From the NCBI GenBank assembly GCA_016934745.1, contig JAFGSF010000042.1, forward strand, positions 1,202-65,201: a stretch of DNA of 64,000 nucleotides. The letters run 5' to 3'. This document shows, in pieces, positions 35,038-43,420 of the stretch (its first letter is position 1; every line of letters starts with the position of its first letter). A program made the position numbers and the translations under genes. The DNA comes from Candidatus Aminicenantes bacterium (lineage in GTDB: Bacteria; Acidobacteriota; Aminicenantia; UBA2199). The notes beneath the pieces are model-generated. The model did not search any database. It saw only the letters and a program-made list of their open reading frames with translations, and was not told the DNA's origin.

Positions 35038-37119
35038 CTATACGCCGTTGCATTTTGACCAGCCGCAATTGGCACAAGTGGGGCATTTCTCGTCGGTGAC
35101 ACTACTGCCGCATATGGGGCAATTGAGGGCGTTGAAATCCTGGTGACGGGAGTTGACTTTGCCCACGTGGGTTTCCAGGACCTTGGCGATGGCATCGGGG
35201 ATCGATTGGATCAGCTGCCCGTTGGTAAAAATCGGTTCTGCGCCGCCGATACCCTTCAGTTGGTTGACCACTTCTTCGGTGGAAATGCCGCTGCGCAGTG
35301 CCAGCGAAATCAAACGGCCGATCGCTTCGGCATCGGCCATGGTCGAATAACCGCTTTTGCCAATGGAAGCGAAGACTTCAAAAGGCTTTTTGTTGAAATA
35401 AGTGACGGTGATATAGAGATTGCCCAGCCCGGTGGAAATCTTGTGCGTGGTGGAGGGAATGGCGTCAGGACGTCCCATGGGCTTTGGTTTTTCCTCGCCG
35501 GCCTTGTTCAGGACCTGCAGGGACCGGCAACCATCGCGGTACACGGTGATGCCCTTGATGTTCATGTCGAAGGCTTGCAGGTATGCGTCCGCGATGTCTT
35601 CGCGTGTGGCCGAGTTGGCGAAATTGATTGTTTTGGAAACGGCGCTATCGACGTACTCCTGAAAAACCGCCTGCATCGCCAGGTGATCAAGCGGAGAAAT
35701 TTCCTGGGCGGTGATGAAGTGTGCGGGAGGCTTTTCTTCCGGGTGTTTTTCCTGCCATTGCTGAAATTGGGGATGGATGTCGCTGATTTCGCCGTCCAAA
35801 ATTTTTGAAACAACGCGAAAAGCAAAAATCGGTTCAATGCTGGACGAACAACCGGCGATGCGGGAAATGGTCCCGGTCGGGGCGATGGTCAGAACCGAGG
35901 CATTGCGCATTTTTTGCCCTTTGTAGATGGATTTTTCAATGTTTGGAAAATTGCCGCGCGTTTCGGCCAGTGAGCGCGAAGCCAGCACGGCTTCTGCCTT
36001 CATGAATTTGATGATTTTGGAACCCAGGGAACGTCCGGCTTCGCTATTGTAGGCAATACCCATTTTAATCAACAAGTCGGCGAATCCCATCAGGCCAAGC
36101 CCGATGCGGCGGTTGGACCGGGCCATTTGTGCGATTGGCTCGAGTGGATAAAGGTTGATCTCGATGACATCATCCAGAAATCGAATGCCCAGCTGGATGG
36201 TTTCACGCAATTTTTCCCAATTCACCAGATCCGGTGATTTTTTGTCATATACATTAAGCAGGTTGATCGAGCCGAGATTGCAGGCTTCATAATCATGGAG
36301 AGGTTGTTCACCGCAAGGATTGGTGGCGCGGATCGGTCCCTGGAGCGCGGTAGGATTCAACTGGTTGACTTTATCGATGAAAATCAAGCCCGGATCTCCG
36401 TTGGTCCAGGCTGAATTGACGATCAGATCAAATATTTCCTGGGCGTTGGCTTGGCCAACCACCTGGTTGTCCATGGGATTGATCAGGTCGAACGTAGTTT
36501 TATTTTTAACGGCCTGAATGAATGCGTTGCTGACGGCCACCGAGATATTGAAGTTCTGGGCGGTGATGCCGTCACTTTTCATGGTGATGAAGGTCTTGAT
36601 ATCCGGATGGTCCACGCGCAGAACTCCCATATTCGCTCCGCGTCGGGTGCCTCCCTGTTTCACCGCTTCGGTTCCGGCGTCAATGACTCTCAGAAATGAC
36701 ACGGGCCCGGAAGCGATGCCCTGGGTCTTGCGTACGAAACTCCCCGCTGGTCTGATCCTGGAGAAATCAAAGCCGGTCCCACCGCCTTCCTTGTGGACCA
36801 GGGCGGCATTTTTTACTGTTTCAAATATCCCATCCAATGAATCTTCAATCGGCAACACAAAACAGGCGGACAGGCACATGTTTCTTTCCGCTCCGGTCAG
36901 GGTCGGAGAATTGGGCATGAAATCCTTCTGCATCATGGCCTGGAAGAACCTTTCTTCCCATAACTTTCTTTCGGCCTCGTTTTTTTCGGCCTTGGCAATG
37001 AAGCGGGACACGCGGCGAAATAATTGCGAAGGTTTGGTTTCCACCAGGTTCCCTTTTTCGTCTTTTTTGAAATAACGGGCTCTTAAAATTTTCATTGCAT
37101 TTTCAGAAAAATTCTCCAT
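35038..37119 (-). CDS. nrdJ: adenosylcobalamin-dependent (class II) ribonucleotide reductase
   Basis: ATNPCGEQPL active-site motif. Overall NrdJ-like N-terminus (ILRARYF.KDEKG). C-terminal Cys-rich ribbon CPICGSS...CPTCANCGWSKC. AAGGAGAG RBS. Confidence 0.9.
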   Translation of the reverse strand: MENFSENAMKILRARYFKKDEKGNLVETKPSQLFRRVSRFIAKAEKNEAERKLWEERFFQAMMQKDFMPNSPTLTGAERNMCLSACFVLPIEDSLDGIFETVKNAALVHKEGGGTGFDFSRIRPAGSFVRKTQGIASGPVSFLRVIDAGTEAVKQGGTRRGANMGVLRVDHPDIKTFITMKSDGITAQNFNISVAVSNAFIQAVKNKTTFDLINPMDNQVVGQANAQEIFDLIVNSAWTNGDPGLIFIDKVNQLNPTALQGPIRATNPCGEQPLHDYEACNLGSINLLNVYDKKSPDLVNWEKLRETIQLGIRFLDDVIEINLYPLEPIAQMARSNRRIGLGLMGFADLLIKMGIAYNSEAGRSLGSKIIKFMKAEAVLASRSLAETRGNFPNIEKSIYKGQKMRNASVLTIAPTGTISRIAGCSSSIEPIFAFRVVSKILDGEISDIHPQFQQWQEKHPEEKPPAHFITAQEISPLDHLAMQAVFQEYVDSAVSKTINFANSATREDIADAYLQAFDMNIKGITVYRDGCRSLQVLNKAGEEKPKPMGRPDAIPSTTHKISTGLGNLYITVTYFNKKPFEVFASIGKSGYSTMADAEAIGRLISLALRSGISTEEVVNQLKGIGGAEPIFTNGQLIQSIPDAIAKVLETHVGKVNSRHQDFNALNCPICGSSVTDEKCPTCANCGWSKCNGV

Positions 37120-37133
37120 AATCTCTCCTTGAG

Positions 37134-37179
37134 CTATAAATATAGTTGCCGGCCAATTATAAAGCGCTAAATATAGCGT
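37134..37179 (-). promoter_or_regulatory. two NrdR-box-like palindromes 31 bp apart
   Basis: GCGCTAAATATAGCGT (37164-37179) matches the NrdR-box consensus acaCwAtATaTwGtgt at 12/16 positions. CTATAAATATAG (37134-37145) shares TAAATATAG, offset by exactly 31 bp. Confidence 0.6.
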
Positions 37180-37184
37180 GTCAA
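37156..37184 (-). promoter_or_regulatory. consensus sigma70 promoter of nrdJ (TTGACA-N17-TATAAT)
   Basis: The minus strand reads CCTTGACACGCTATATTTAGCGCTTTATAATTGG. The distal NrdR box fills the spacer. The proximal box lies just downstream of the -10. Confidence 0.7.
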
Positions 37185-37219
37185 GGTGTTTTCAAAAAAA
37201 AATAATTTTTGAAATTTTC

Positions 37220-37248
37220 TTGACAATGTATATATATATATATTATCA
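37220..37248 (+). promoter_or_regulatory. candidate dcw (mraZ) promoter containing a (TA)7 tract
   Basis: TTGACA at 37220-37225; (TA)7 at 37229-37242. Possible -10 elements are TATTAT (spacer 15) or TTATCA (spacer 17); the exact -10 is ambiguous. Confidence 0.45.
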
Positions 37249-37250
37249 TT

Positions 37251-37276
37251 GTGGGAGAAAATGGGACAAAATGGGA
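37251..37276 (+). promoter_or_regulatory. three direct MraZ-box-like repeats with 10-bp phasing
   Basis: GTGGGA (37251-37256), ATGGGA (37261-37266), ATGGGA (37271-37276). This corresponds to the TGGGN-N5 direct-repeat operator described for MraZ. The third repeat abuts the mraZ ATG. Confidence 0.6.
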
Positions 37277-37752
37277 TGAAAAAACATTTCAGGGGCAGTT
37301 ATATTGCCAAAATTGATGACCGCGGCCGGGTCAAAATCCCGGCTCAATACCTTTCTGCTTTGGAGCAGAGTTTTGGCAATGAAGTTTATTTGACCTCGAT
37401 CAATGGGGATCACATTCTCTTCTACCCGATGCAGGTTTGGGAGGAAATTGAAAGAAAAATTGCCCGCATTCCCATGCGTGATCCTGATCTGGAAGAATAT
37501 ATCAGCCGCATCAGTTTTTGGGGTAATGAAACCGAAATTGACCCTAAGGGCCGTATCCTGATTCCATCTGCTCTGAGGGAAAGCAGCCAGTTGGAAACTA
37601 ATTTGTTGATTCTCGGGAAAATCGATTATCTGGTCATCTGGAACAAGGAAGCATTCACGGCCAAGTACATGGGCGGTCAATTCAGTGATGAAAAAATGCA
37701 AAAAGTGTCGAGGCTGCTCAATGAATTTCCTTCACTATCCAGTCATGAATAA
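37276..37752 (+). CDS. mraZ: transcriptional regulator MraZ
   Basis: MKKHFRGSYIAKIDDRGRVKIPAQY and a second ...IDPKGRILIPSALRE half (duplicated SpoVT/AbrB-like DxxGR motifs). The start is chosen by family N-terminus (MFRG...); the track ORF begins at 37249. Confidence 0.85.
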   Translation: MKKHFRGSYIAKIDDRGRVKIPAQYLSALEQSFGNEVYLTSINGDHILFYPMQVWEEIERKIARIPMRDPDLEEYISRISFWGNETEIDPKGRILIPSALRESSQLETNLLILGKIDYLVIWNKEAFTAKYMGGQFSDEKMQKVSRLLNEFPSLSSHE

Positions 37753-38605
37753 AGAGGTCCTTGAAATATTTCAAGGATCGGCGAAAAAACTCTTCGTGGA
37801 TTGTACCGTAGGCGCTGGCGGTCACAGCTATCATATCCTCAGTGTTTTTCCGGATGCCCGAGTAATCGCGATTGATCAGGATGAAGACAGCATCGCACTG
37901 GCCAGGGAAAACCTGAAGGATTTCGGGCGGCGGGTGAGTTTTCATCTGGGCTCTTTCTGCGATCTTTTCGAGCATTTTAATTGCCGGCAATTGGCTGTTT
38001 CCGGAATATTGGTGGATCCCGGGATATCCACGGTTCAATTGAAAAAAAGCCAGCGCGGTTTTTCGCATACGGTCGATGGCCCGCTGGATATGCGCAAGGA
38101 CCGAAGTATGGAGCTCACCGCTGCCGACGTGCTCAATTCATATCCCGAGGAAAAACTGGTTGAAATTTTTAGGCGCTACGGGGAATGTGTCGAAGCCGGG
38201 CGTTTGGCCAAGAAAATTATTGAAAAAAGATTGTTTGTCCGGTTTCAATCAACGGTTCAGCTACGGCTTTTGATTGAAGATGTTACCCACTGGCGGCCCC
38301 GTCCGGGTTTGCTTCATCCCGCCGCCAAAGTGTTTCAAGCCTTGCGTATTTTTATCAATCATGAACTCGATGGAGTTGAATCCTGGCTCGAAAAAATTCC
38401 TTTGAACTTGCGCGCCGGAGGGCGCGTTATTTTCATCACCTATCATTCACTGGAAGACCGTCTGGTCAAAAAAGGATTTCAGCGGTTGCAGCTATTAAAA
38501 AAAGTCAAGCTGCTTCGTCCCTTTCCCTCATTTCCCGGTGCTGAAGAATTGGCTCAAAACCAGGCCTCACGCTCGGCGAAAATACGGGCGCTGGAGGTGG
38601 CATGA
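37721..38605 (+). CDS. rsmH: 16S rRNA (cytosine1402-N4)-methyltransferase
   Basis: HYPVMNKEVLEIF...DCTVGAGGHSYHIL...DPGISTVQL motifs. Confidence 0.9.
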   Translation: MNFLHYPVMNKEVLEIFQGSAKKLFVDCTVGAGGHSYHILSVFPDARVIAIDQDEDSIALARENLKDFGRRVSFHLGSFCDLFEHFNCRQLAVSGILVDPGISTVQLKKSQRGFSHTVDGPLDMRKDRSMELTAADVLNSYPEEKLVEIFRRYGECVEAGRLAKKIIEKRLFVRFQSTVQLRLLIEDVTHWRPRPGLLHPAAKVFQALRIFINHELDGVESWLEKIPLNLRAGGRVIFITYHSLEDRLVKKGFQRLQLLKKVKLLRPFPSFPGAEELAQNQASRSAKIRALEVA

Positions 38606-38901
38606 ACCAGCCCAGAAAATCCCTGGCCTATTTTCGCCTGGCCATCCTTGCTTTTTTTATTTTTGTCGTTCTGTTCATTTATTCCAGTTTAAACCTGAAA
38701 AATGTGGATTTGGGTTATCAGCAACACGAGCTGCTGCAGCAGGAAAAAAAAATGCGCGCCGAAATCGATCGCTTGCAGGCGCAAAAAGCCTTGCTGCTGA
38801 ACCTGGAGCGCATGGAAAAAATCGCCATGGAGAAACTGGGTTACCAGTATCCGGAGCCAGAGCAAATTATCAAGGTGGTCGACCATGACGATGAAGATTA
38901 A
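38602..38901 (+). CDS. ftsL: cell division protein FtsL
   Basis: 99 aa: TM helix plus coiled coil. Position is between rsmH and ftsI. The ATG overlaps the rsmH stop. Confidence 0.75.
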   Translation: MNQPRKSLAYFRLAILAFFIFVVLFIYSSLNLKNVDLGYQQHELLQQEKKMRAEIDRLQAQKALLLNLERMEKIAMEKLGYQYPEPEQIIKVVDHDDED

Positions 38902-40582
38902 CTACCAGGGAAAGAAGCGATTCTTTTTTCTTTCCATAATTTTTTTCGTCTGGATTTTTTTTATCGCCTTTAAGCTTTTCAAGTTGCAGGTAATCGATTT
39001 CAATACATACCTGGCCAAGGTCAAAGCTCAGACCAACCGGGTGGAGGATCTTCATTCAAAACGCGGTACGATCACTGACCGCCATGGCGAGATCCTGGCC
39101 ATTTCGTTACAGTCCAAGTCCGCATTTCTCAGCAACAAGGATAAGGAAATATCCCTGGCCGTGTTCCGGGATTTTTGCCGCCTGCTCGCTTTGGATAATT
39201 CTCAAAAAATCAAGGTGAATAAAAGGATCCGCCGCGGCGAAAAATTTATCTGGCTCAAGCGCAAATTGACTGACGAGGAGTATCAGAAAATCCTGCCATT
39301 GGCTTCAAGCAAACAAACGGCCGGAACGATTGATTTCATAGACGAATACCGGCGGGTATACCCGCAGAAAAAAATGGCCGCGCATATCCTCGGCGGTGTG
39401 GGCATGGACGAACAAGCCCTGGGCGGCATTGAAACCAGCCTGGATTCAGAAATCAAGGGACGTGGCGGCAAAATCAAGGTGTTGATCGACGCCCGTAAAA
39501 AGATTTTCCAATTCAAATATCTTGAAATGCCGGTCGCGGGCAAGGATATCCATCTGAGCATTGATGCGGCCCTGCAGTTTTTGGTTGAGCGGGAGTTGGT
39601 CGAAACGGTCAGAAAATACAGGGCGGCAGGCGGAGCCGTTATCGTCCTGCGCAGTACTGACGCACAAATTCTGGCCATGGCCAGCTATCCCGACTATTAC
39701 CCGCAAATGATCTGGCGTGCCCCGTCACAGGCATTGAAAAACAAGGCGATTTCCTTCCTTTATGATCCCGGTTCGACTTTCAAAATCGTACTGGCTGCCG
39801 CCGCACTCGAAAACCATTCCAGCGCTCCCGGAGAAATGTTCAATTGCCACCAGGGTGTTTACATGATCAAGGACAGACGGATCACCGACGTTCATCCCTT
39901 TGATCGTTTGTCTTTTGAGGATATTATCATTCAGTCCAGTAATATCGGCGCTGCCGGCATCGGCCAAAGGCTGGGCAAAGAAAAATACTTTCACAGCATC
40001 CAGGCATTCGGATTCGGCCGTCGCACCGGGATCATGCTTCCGGCCGAGGAAAACGGGATTTTGAATTCTCCGGAGAAATGGAGCGGAGTTTCCCTAGTTT
40101 ACCTCTCTCATGGGTATGAAATTTCGGTCACACCACTGCAAATGGCAGCGGCATTCAATGTGCTGGCCTCCGGGGGCTATTGGCTTCAGCCGCAAATATT
40201 GCTGGAGCCGGGTCCAGAAAGTGAGAAACGGAAAATTTTGTCTCTTTCGAGTCAGCAACCGCTGACCGCTATCCTGACCGCGGTAGTCGATAGGGGGACT
40301 GGAAAAAAAGCCCGCATTGCGGGCATCGAAATCGCCGGAAAAACCGGGACGGCCCGTAAAGTCAAGGCTGGGAAATATGCCAGTTCTTATGTTTCTTCTT
40401 TTGGAGGGTTTTTTCCCGCCGGCGATCCGCAGGTAACTGTTTTTGTGATGATTGATGAACCCCTGGGACTGTATTATGGAGGAGATGTGGCGGCGCCGCT
40501 GTTCAAATCCGTTGCGGCCAAAATCATGCCTTATCTCAGGCTTTTTCCTGACCGGCCGGATCAGAAAGAGATTTACCTATGA
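38885..40582 (+). CDS. ftsI: peptidoglycan D,D-transpeptidase (class B PBP, FtsI)
   Basis: STFK (DPGSTFKIV), SSN (QSSNIG), KTGT (AGKTGTA). Confidence 0.9.
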   Translation: MTMKINYQGKKRFFFLSIIFFVWIFFIAFKLFKLQVIDFNTYLAKVKAQTNRVEDLHSKRGTITDRHGEILAISLQSKSAFLSNKDKEISLAVFRDFCRLLALDNSQKIKVNKRIRRGEKFIWLKRKLTDEEYQKILPLASSKQTAGTIDFIDEYRRVYPQKKMAAHILGGVGMDEQALGGIETSLDSEIKGRGGKIKVLIDARKKIFQFKYLEMPVAGKDIHLSIDAALQFLVERELVETVRKYRAAGGAVIVLRSTDAQILAMASYPDYYPQMIWRAPSQALKNKAISFLYDPGSTFKIVLAAAALENHSSAPGEMFNCHQGVYMIKDRRITDVHPFDRLSFEDIIIQSSNIGAAGIGQRLGKEKYFHSIQAFGFGRRTGIMLPAEENGILNSPEKWSGVSLVYLSHGYEISVTPLQMAAAFNVLASGGYWLQPQILLEPGPESEKRKILSLSSQQPLTAILTAVVDRGTGKKARIAGIEIAGKTGTARKVKAGKYASSYVSSFGGFFPAGDPQVTVFVMIDEPLGLYYGGDVAAPLFKSVAAKIMPYLRLFPDRPDQKEIYL

Positions 40583-42039
40583 AATACTTGGACGAATTGC
40601 TCGGCAAACAAGAATCCCTGGCCTGGCGCGGGGATCTTCACGTGCCCGTTTCCGGCATTGAACTTGATTCACGCAAGATCAGGAAAAATTATTGTTATAT
40701 CTCCATCAAGGGCTTTGTCAGAGACGGCATCGCCTATGCCGCCGAGGCCATCCGCAACGGCGCCAGCGCGGTGGTTTCAATCCATCCGCCTCCGCAAAAT
40801 CACCGTCAAGTCACCTGGGTGCAGGTCAAGAATGACCGTCGGGTACTCAGCCAGATGGCCAGCCGTTTTTTTGACAGCCCGGCCGAAAAAATGCGGGTGA
40901 TCGGGGTGACTGGCACCAATGGCAAAACGACCACCGTAGGTTTGATTCAAGCGCTGCTCAACGCCATGGTCAAGACAGCGGCCATTGGAACCTTGAACAT
41001 GAATTTCCCCGGGTTTTGCCAAAAAACCAAATTGACGACCCCGGAAGCCCCGGACTTGTTCGCATTTATGGACAAGGCGCTCAAGGCCGGATGTCAAAAT
41101 CTGGTGATGGAAGTATCGTCGGCCGCCCTGAGCCTGCTTCGCGTTGAAGATATCAATTTTTCTCAGGCGGTTTTCACTTCGTTTTCCGGCGATCACCTTG
41201 ATTTTCACCAGACCATGGAGAATTATTTTGAAGCCAAGCTTTCGCTTTTTAAAAAACTCGGCAGTGAACAATGGGCAATCATCAATGGGGATGATCCAAA
41301 AGGTGAAAGCATTATCAGGGAACTGAACTGCCGTTATATCACGTTCGGATTTTCAGCGCATGCGGATATTCGGCCGTTGAAATATCATTTCTCCCTCAGC
41401 GGCATCAAGGCGCTGTTGCATACGCCGCGTGGAAAAATTGACATCCAAAGCAATTTGCTGGGCCGTTTCAATTTGATGAATATCATGGCGGCGGTGAGTT
41501 CGGCACTGGTCAACGACATGGCCCTGGAAAAGATCAGTGCCGGCCTGAATGAATTTATCCCGGTCAAGGGCCGGGTGAACATCGCCCATGCCGGTGATTT
41601 TCTGGCCGTAGTGGATTATGCCCATTCCGATGACGCGTTGGCAAACCTGTTGAAATCATTCCGGGAATTTTCTTCAGGGAGACTAATCGTGGTTTTCGGA
41701 GCCGGCGGCTGCCGGGATAAAAGTAAACGGCCGCGCATGGGGCGGGTCGCCGCCAATTTTGCGGACTGGGTGATGGTCACCAGCGATAACCCCCGTCAGG
41801 AAGACCCCCACGATATTATTGCCGAGATCGTGGCTGGTTTCGACGAAGGTTTCACTGATTTCAGTACGGAAGTCGATCGCAAGAAAGCCATTGAAAAAGC
41901 CCTGGATATGGCTGGGCCCGGGGACGTCGTCCTGATTGCCGGCAAAGGCCATGAAGATTATCAGATTTTCAAAGAGCGAACCGTTCATTTTGACGACATT
42001 GAAATTGTCAGAAACAAAATGAGGAAAGGCCATGGCTGA
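40579..42039 (+). CDS. murE: UDP-N-acetylmuramoyl-L-alanyl-D-glutamate--2,6-diaminopimelate ligase
   Basis: GVTGTNGKTT P-loop. DNPR motif (SDNPRQEDP) indicates meso-DAP specificity. Confidence 0.9.
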   Translation: MKYLDELLGKQESLAWRGDLHVPVSGIELDSRKIRKNYCYISIKGFVRDGIAYAAEAIRNGASAVVSIHPPPQNHRQVTWVQVKNDRRVLSQMASRFFDSPAEKMRVIGVTGTNGKTTTVGLIQALLNAMVKTAAIGTLNMNFPGFCQKTKLTTPEAPDLFAFMDKALKAGCQNLVMEVSSAALSLLRVEDINFSQAVFTSFSGDHLDFHQTMENYFEAKLSLFKKLGSEQWAIINGDDPKGESIIRELNCRYITFGFSAHADIRPLKYHFSLSGIKALLHTPRGKIDIQSNLLGRFNLMNIMAAVSSALVNDMALEKISAGLNEFIPVKGRVNIAHAGDFLAVVDYAHSDDALANLLKSFREFSSGRLIVVFGAGGCRDKSKRPRMGRVAANFADWVMVTSDNPRQEDPHDIIAEIVAGFDEGFTDFSTEVDRKKAIEKALDMAGPGDVVLIAGKGHEDYQIFKERTVHFDDIEIVRNKMRKGHG

Positions 42040-43420
42040 ACTCCAAATAAGCGAAATTGCCGCCGTTGTTTCCGGAAGGGTAAGCCAGGCCGGACCAGTT
42101 CGTTCTTTCTCGGATTTTCAATTTGACACGCGGACCATGGGCGCCAATTCACTTTTTTTTGCTTTGCAATCGGCAAAAGCCGATGGCCATCGCTTTGTCA
42201 GGGAATTGGCCACCATTCCCGGGGCCGGCGCCGTAGTCAAGGAAGACTTCACCGGCAGCGAAGCTAAAATCCCTTTGATACGGGTAAGTGATCCGTTGCA
42301 GGCGGCTCAGAAACTGGCCATTCATGTCAGGGAAAAATACCGTTCAGTCAAGTATATCGGCATCACAGGCAGCGCCGGTAAAACCACGACCAAGGAATTT
42401 GTTTTTCAAATCCTTTCCCATAAATTCCGTTCTTTCCGTTCTTTGCAAAACTGGAACAATGGCATTGGGCTGCCTTTTTCGATGTTGAAAATGAACGGAC
42501 TGGAAGAAACCGCTATTTTTGAATTGGCCATGAGTGATCCCGGAATCGGGGAAATTGACTTGCTGGCCGGCATATTGAAACCGGATATTGCCGTTTTACT
42601 CAATGTTTTCCCGGTTCATTTGGAGTTTCTCGGAACCCTGGGAAACGCCGCCCGGGCCAAGGCTGAAATATTGAATTATCTGAGCTCCGATGGTTGTGCA
42701 CTGGTCAATGGTGATTCGGCATTGCTTCGACGGACCGTGGCCGCCAAGAAAGGCTGCAAGATTTTTTTTGGCGCCCATGCGACCCAGAATCAGGTTGTCT
42801 TGAAAAAAGTGGTTCGTGAAAACGGCAACAGCCGTATGTTGATTGACTTTTTTGGCATCGAAGCGGAATTCGTGGCGCCGCTGGTCAGCCGTCTCCATGT
42901 CGAAAATATTTTCGCATCCATCCTGGTGGCGCAGCGTGCGGGCATGAAAAATCATGAAATTCAGGAGGCTTTATCCGGCCTGCAGCCGCTGGCCGGCCGG
43001 GGCCAAATTCGCAGGGAGAAAGGCTTTGTCATTATAGATGAAACTTACAATTCAAATCCGGAAGCCCTAAAAAAGACATTGCAATGGATTGGTCGCGAAT
43101 ACCATCAGAAAAAAGTTGCGGTTTTGGGGGATATGCTGGAATTGGGCCGAGGCGAGTTGGCCTTCCATTTGCAAGTCGGGCGGTTTTTTGCCGATTTGCA
43201 TTTCGATTTGCTGCTGACCGTCGGCCGACGAGCTGCAAAAATCGCTGAAGGCGCCAGAAAAGCGGGGTATCCGGCCGGCCATATCCGTTGTTTCGATCAC
43301 GCCGTTGATGCCGGAAAATATTTGCGGGCCGAACTGCAACCTGAGGCGGTTGTCTTGTTCAAGGGGTCCCGGGGCGTGTCCCTGGAAAAAGCCCTGGCGG
43401 AGTTTGTCTATGAAAGATAA
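42032..43420 (+). CDS. murF: UDP-N-acetylmuramoyl-tripeptide--D-alanyl-D-alanine ligase
   Basis: GITGSAGKTTTKE. ETYNSNPEA. Confidence 0.9.
   Translation: MAELQISEIAAVVSGRVSQAGPVRSFSDFQFDTRTMGANSLFFALQSAKADGHRFVRELATIPGAGAVVKEDFTGSEAKIPLIRVSDPLQAAQKLAIHVREKYRSVKYIGITGSAGKTTTKEFVFQILSHKFRSFRSLQNWNNGIGLPFSMLKMNGLEETAIFELAMSDPGIGEIDLLAGILKPDIAVLLNVFPVHLEFLGTLGNAARAKAEILNYLSSDGCALVNGDSALLRRTVAAKKGCKIFFGAHATQNQVVLKKVVRENGNSRMLIDFFGIEAEFVAPLVSRLHVENIFASILVAQRAGMKNHEIQEALSGLQPLAGRGQIRREKGFVIIDETYNSNPEALKKTLQWIGREYHQKKVAVLGDMLELGRGELAFHLQVGRFFADLHFDLLLTVGRRAAKIAEGARKAGYPAGHIRCFDHAVDAGKYLRAELQPEAVVLFKGSRGVSLEKALAEFVYER

Noticed and set aside
35143-35808. 221-aa plus-strand ORF antisense to nrdJ, and similar antisense ORFs (47275..47973- in ftsQ, 18829..19527- in the S9 peptidase gene, 49761..50564- in ftsZ, 60531..61127- in the PPIase gene)
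   Set aside because: Each lies fully inside a strongly supported gene on the opposite strand and has no motifs or start signals.
37120-37220. A cobalamin riboswitch upstream of the B12-dependent nrdJ
   Set aside because: The predicted leader is only about 30 nt, with the promoter -10 at 37161-37156 and the ATG at 37119. That is far too short for a riboswitch, and the region is explained by promoter plus NrdR boxes.
37229-37242. The (TA)7 tract as a phase-variation switch for the dcw operon
   Set aside because: Seven dinucleotide units is short, and the tract may simply be the AT-rich -10 region. Without population data this stays speculative and is mentioned only within the promoter finding.
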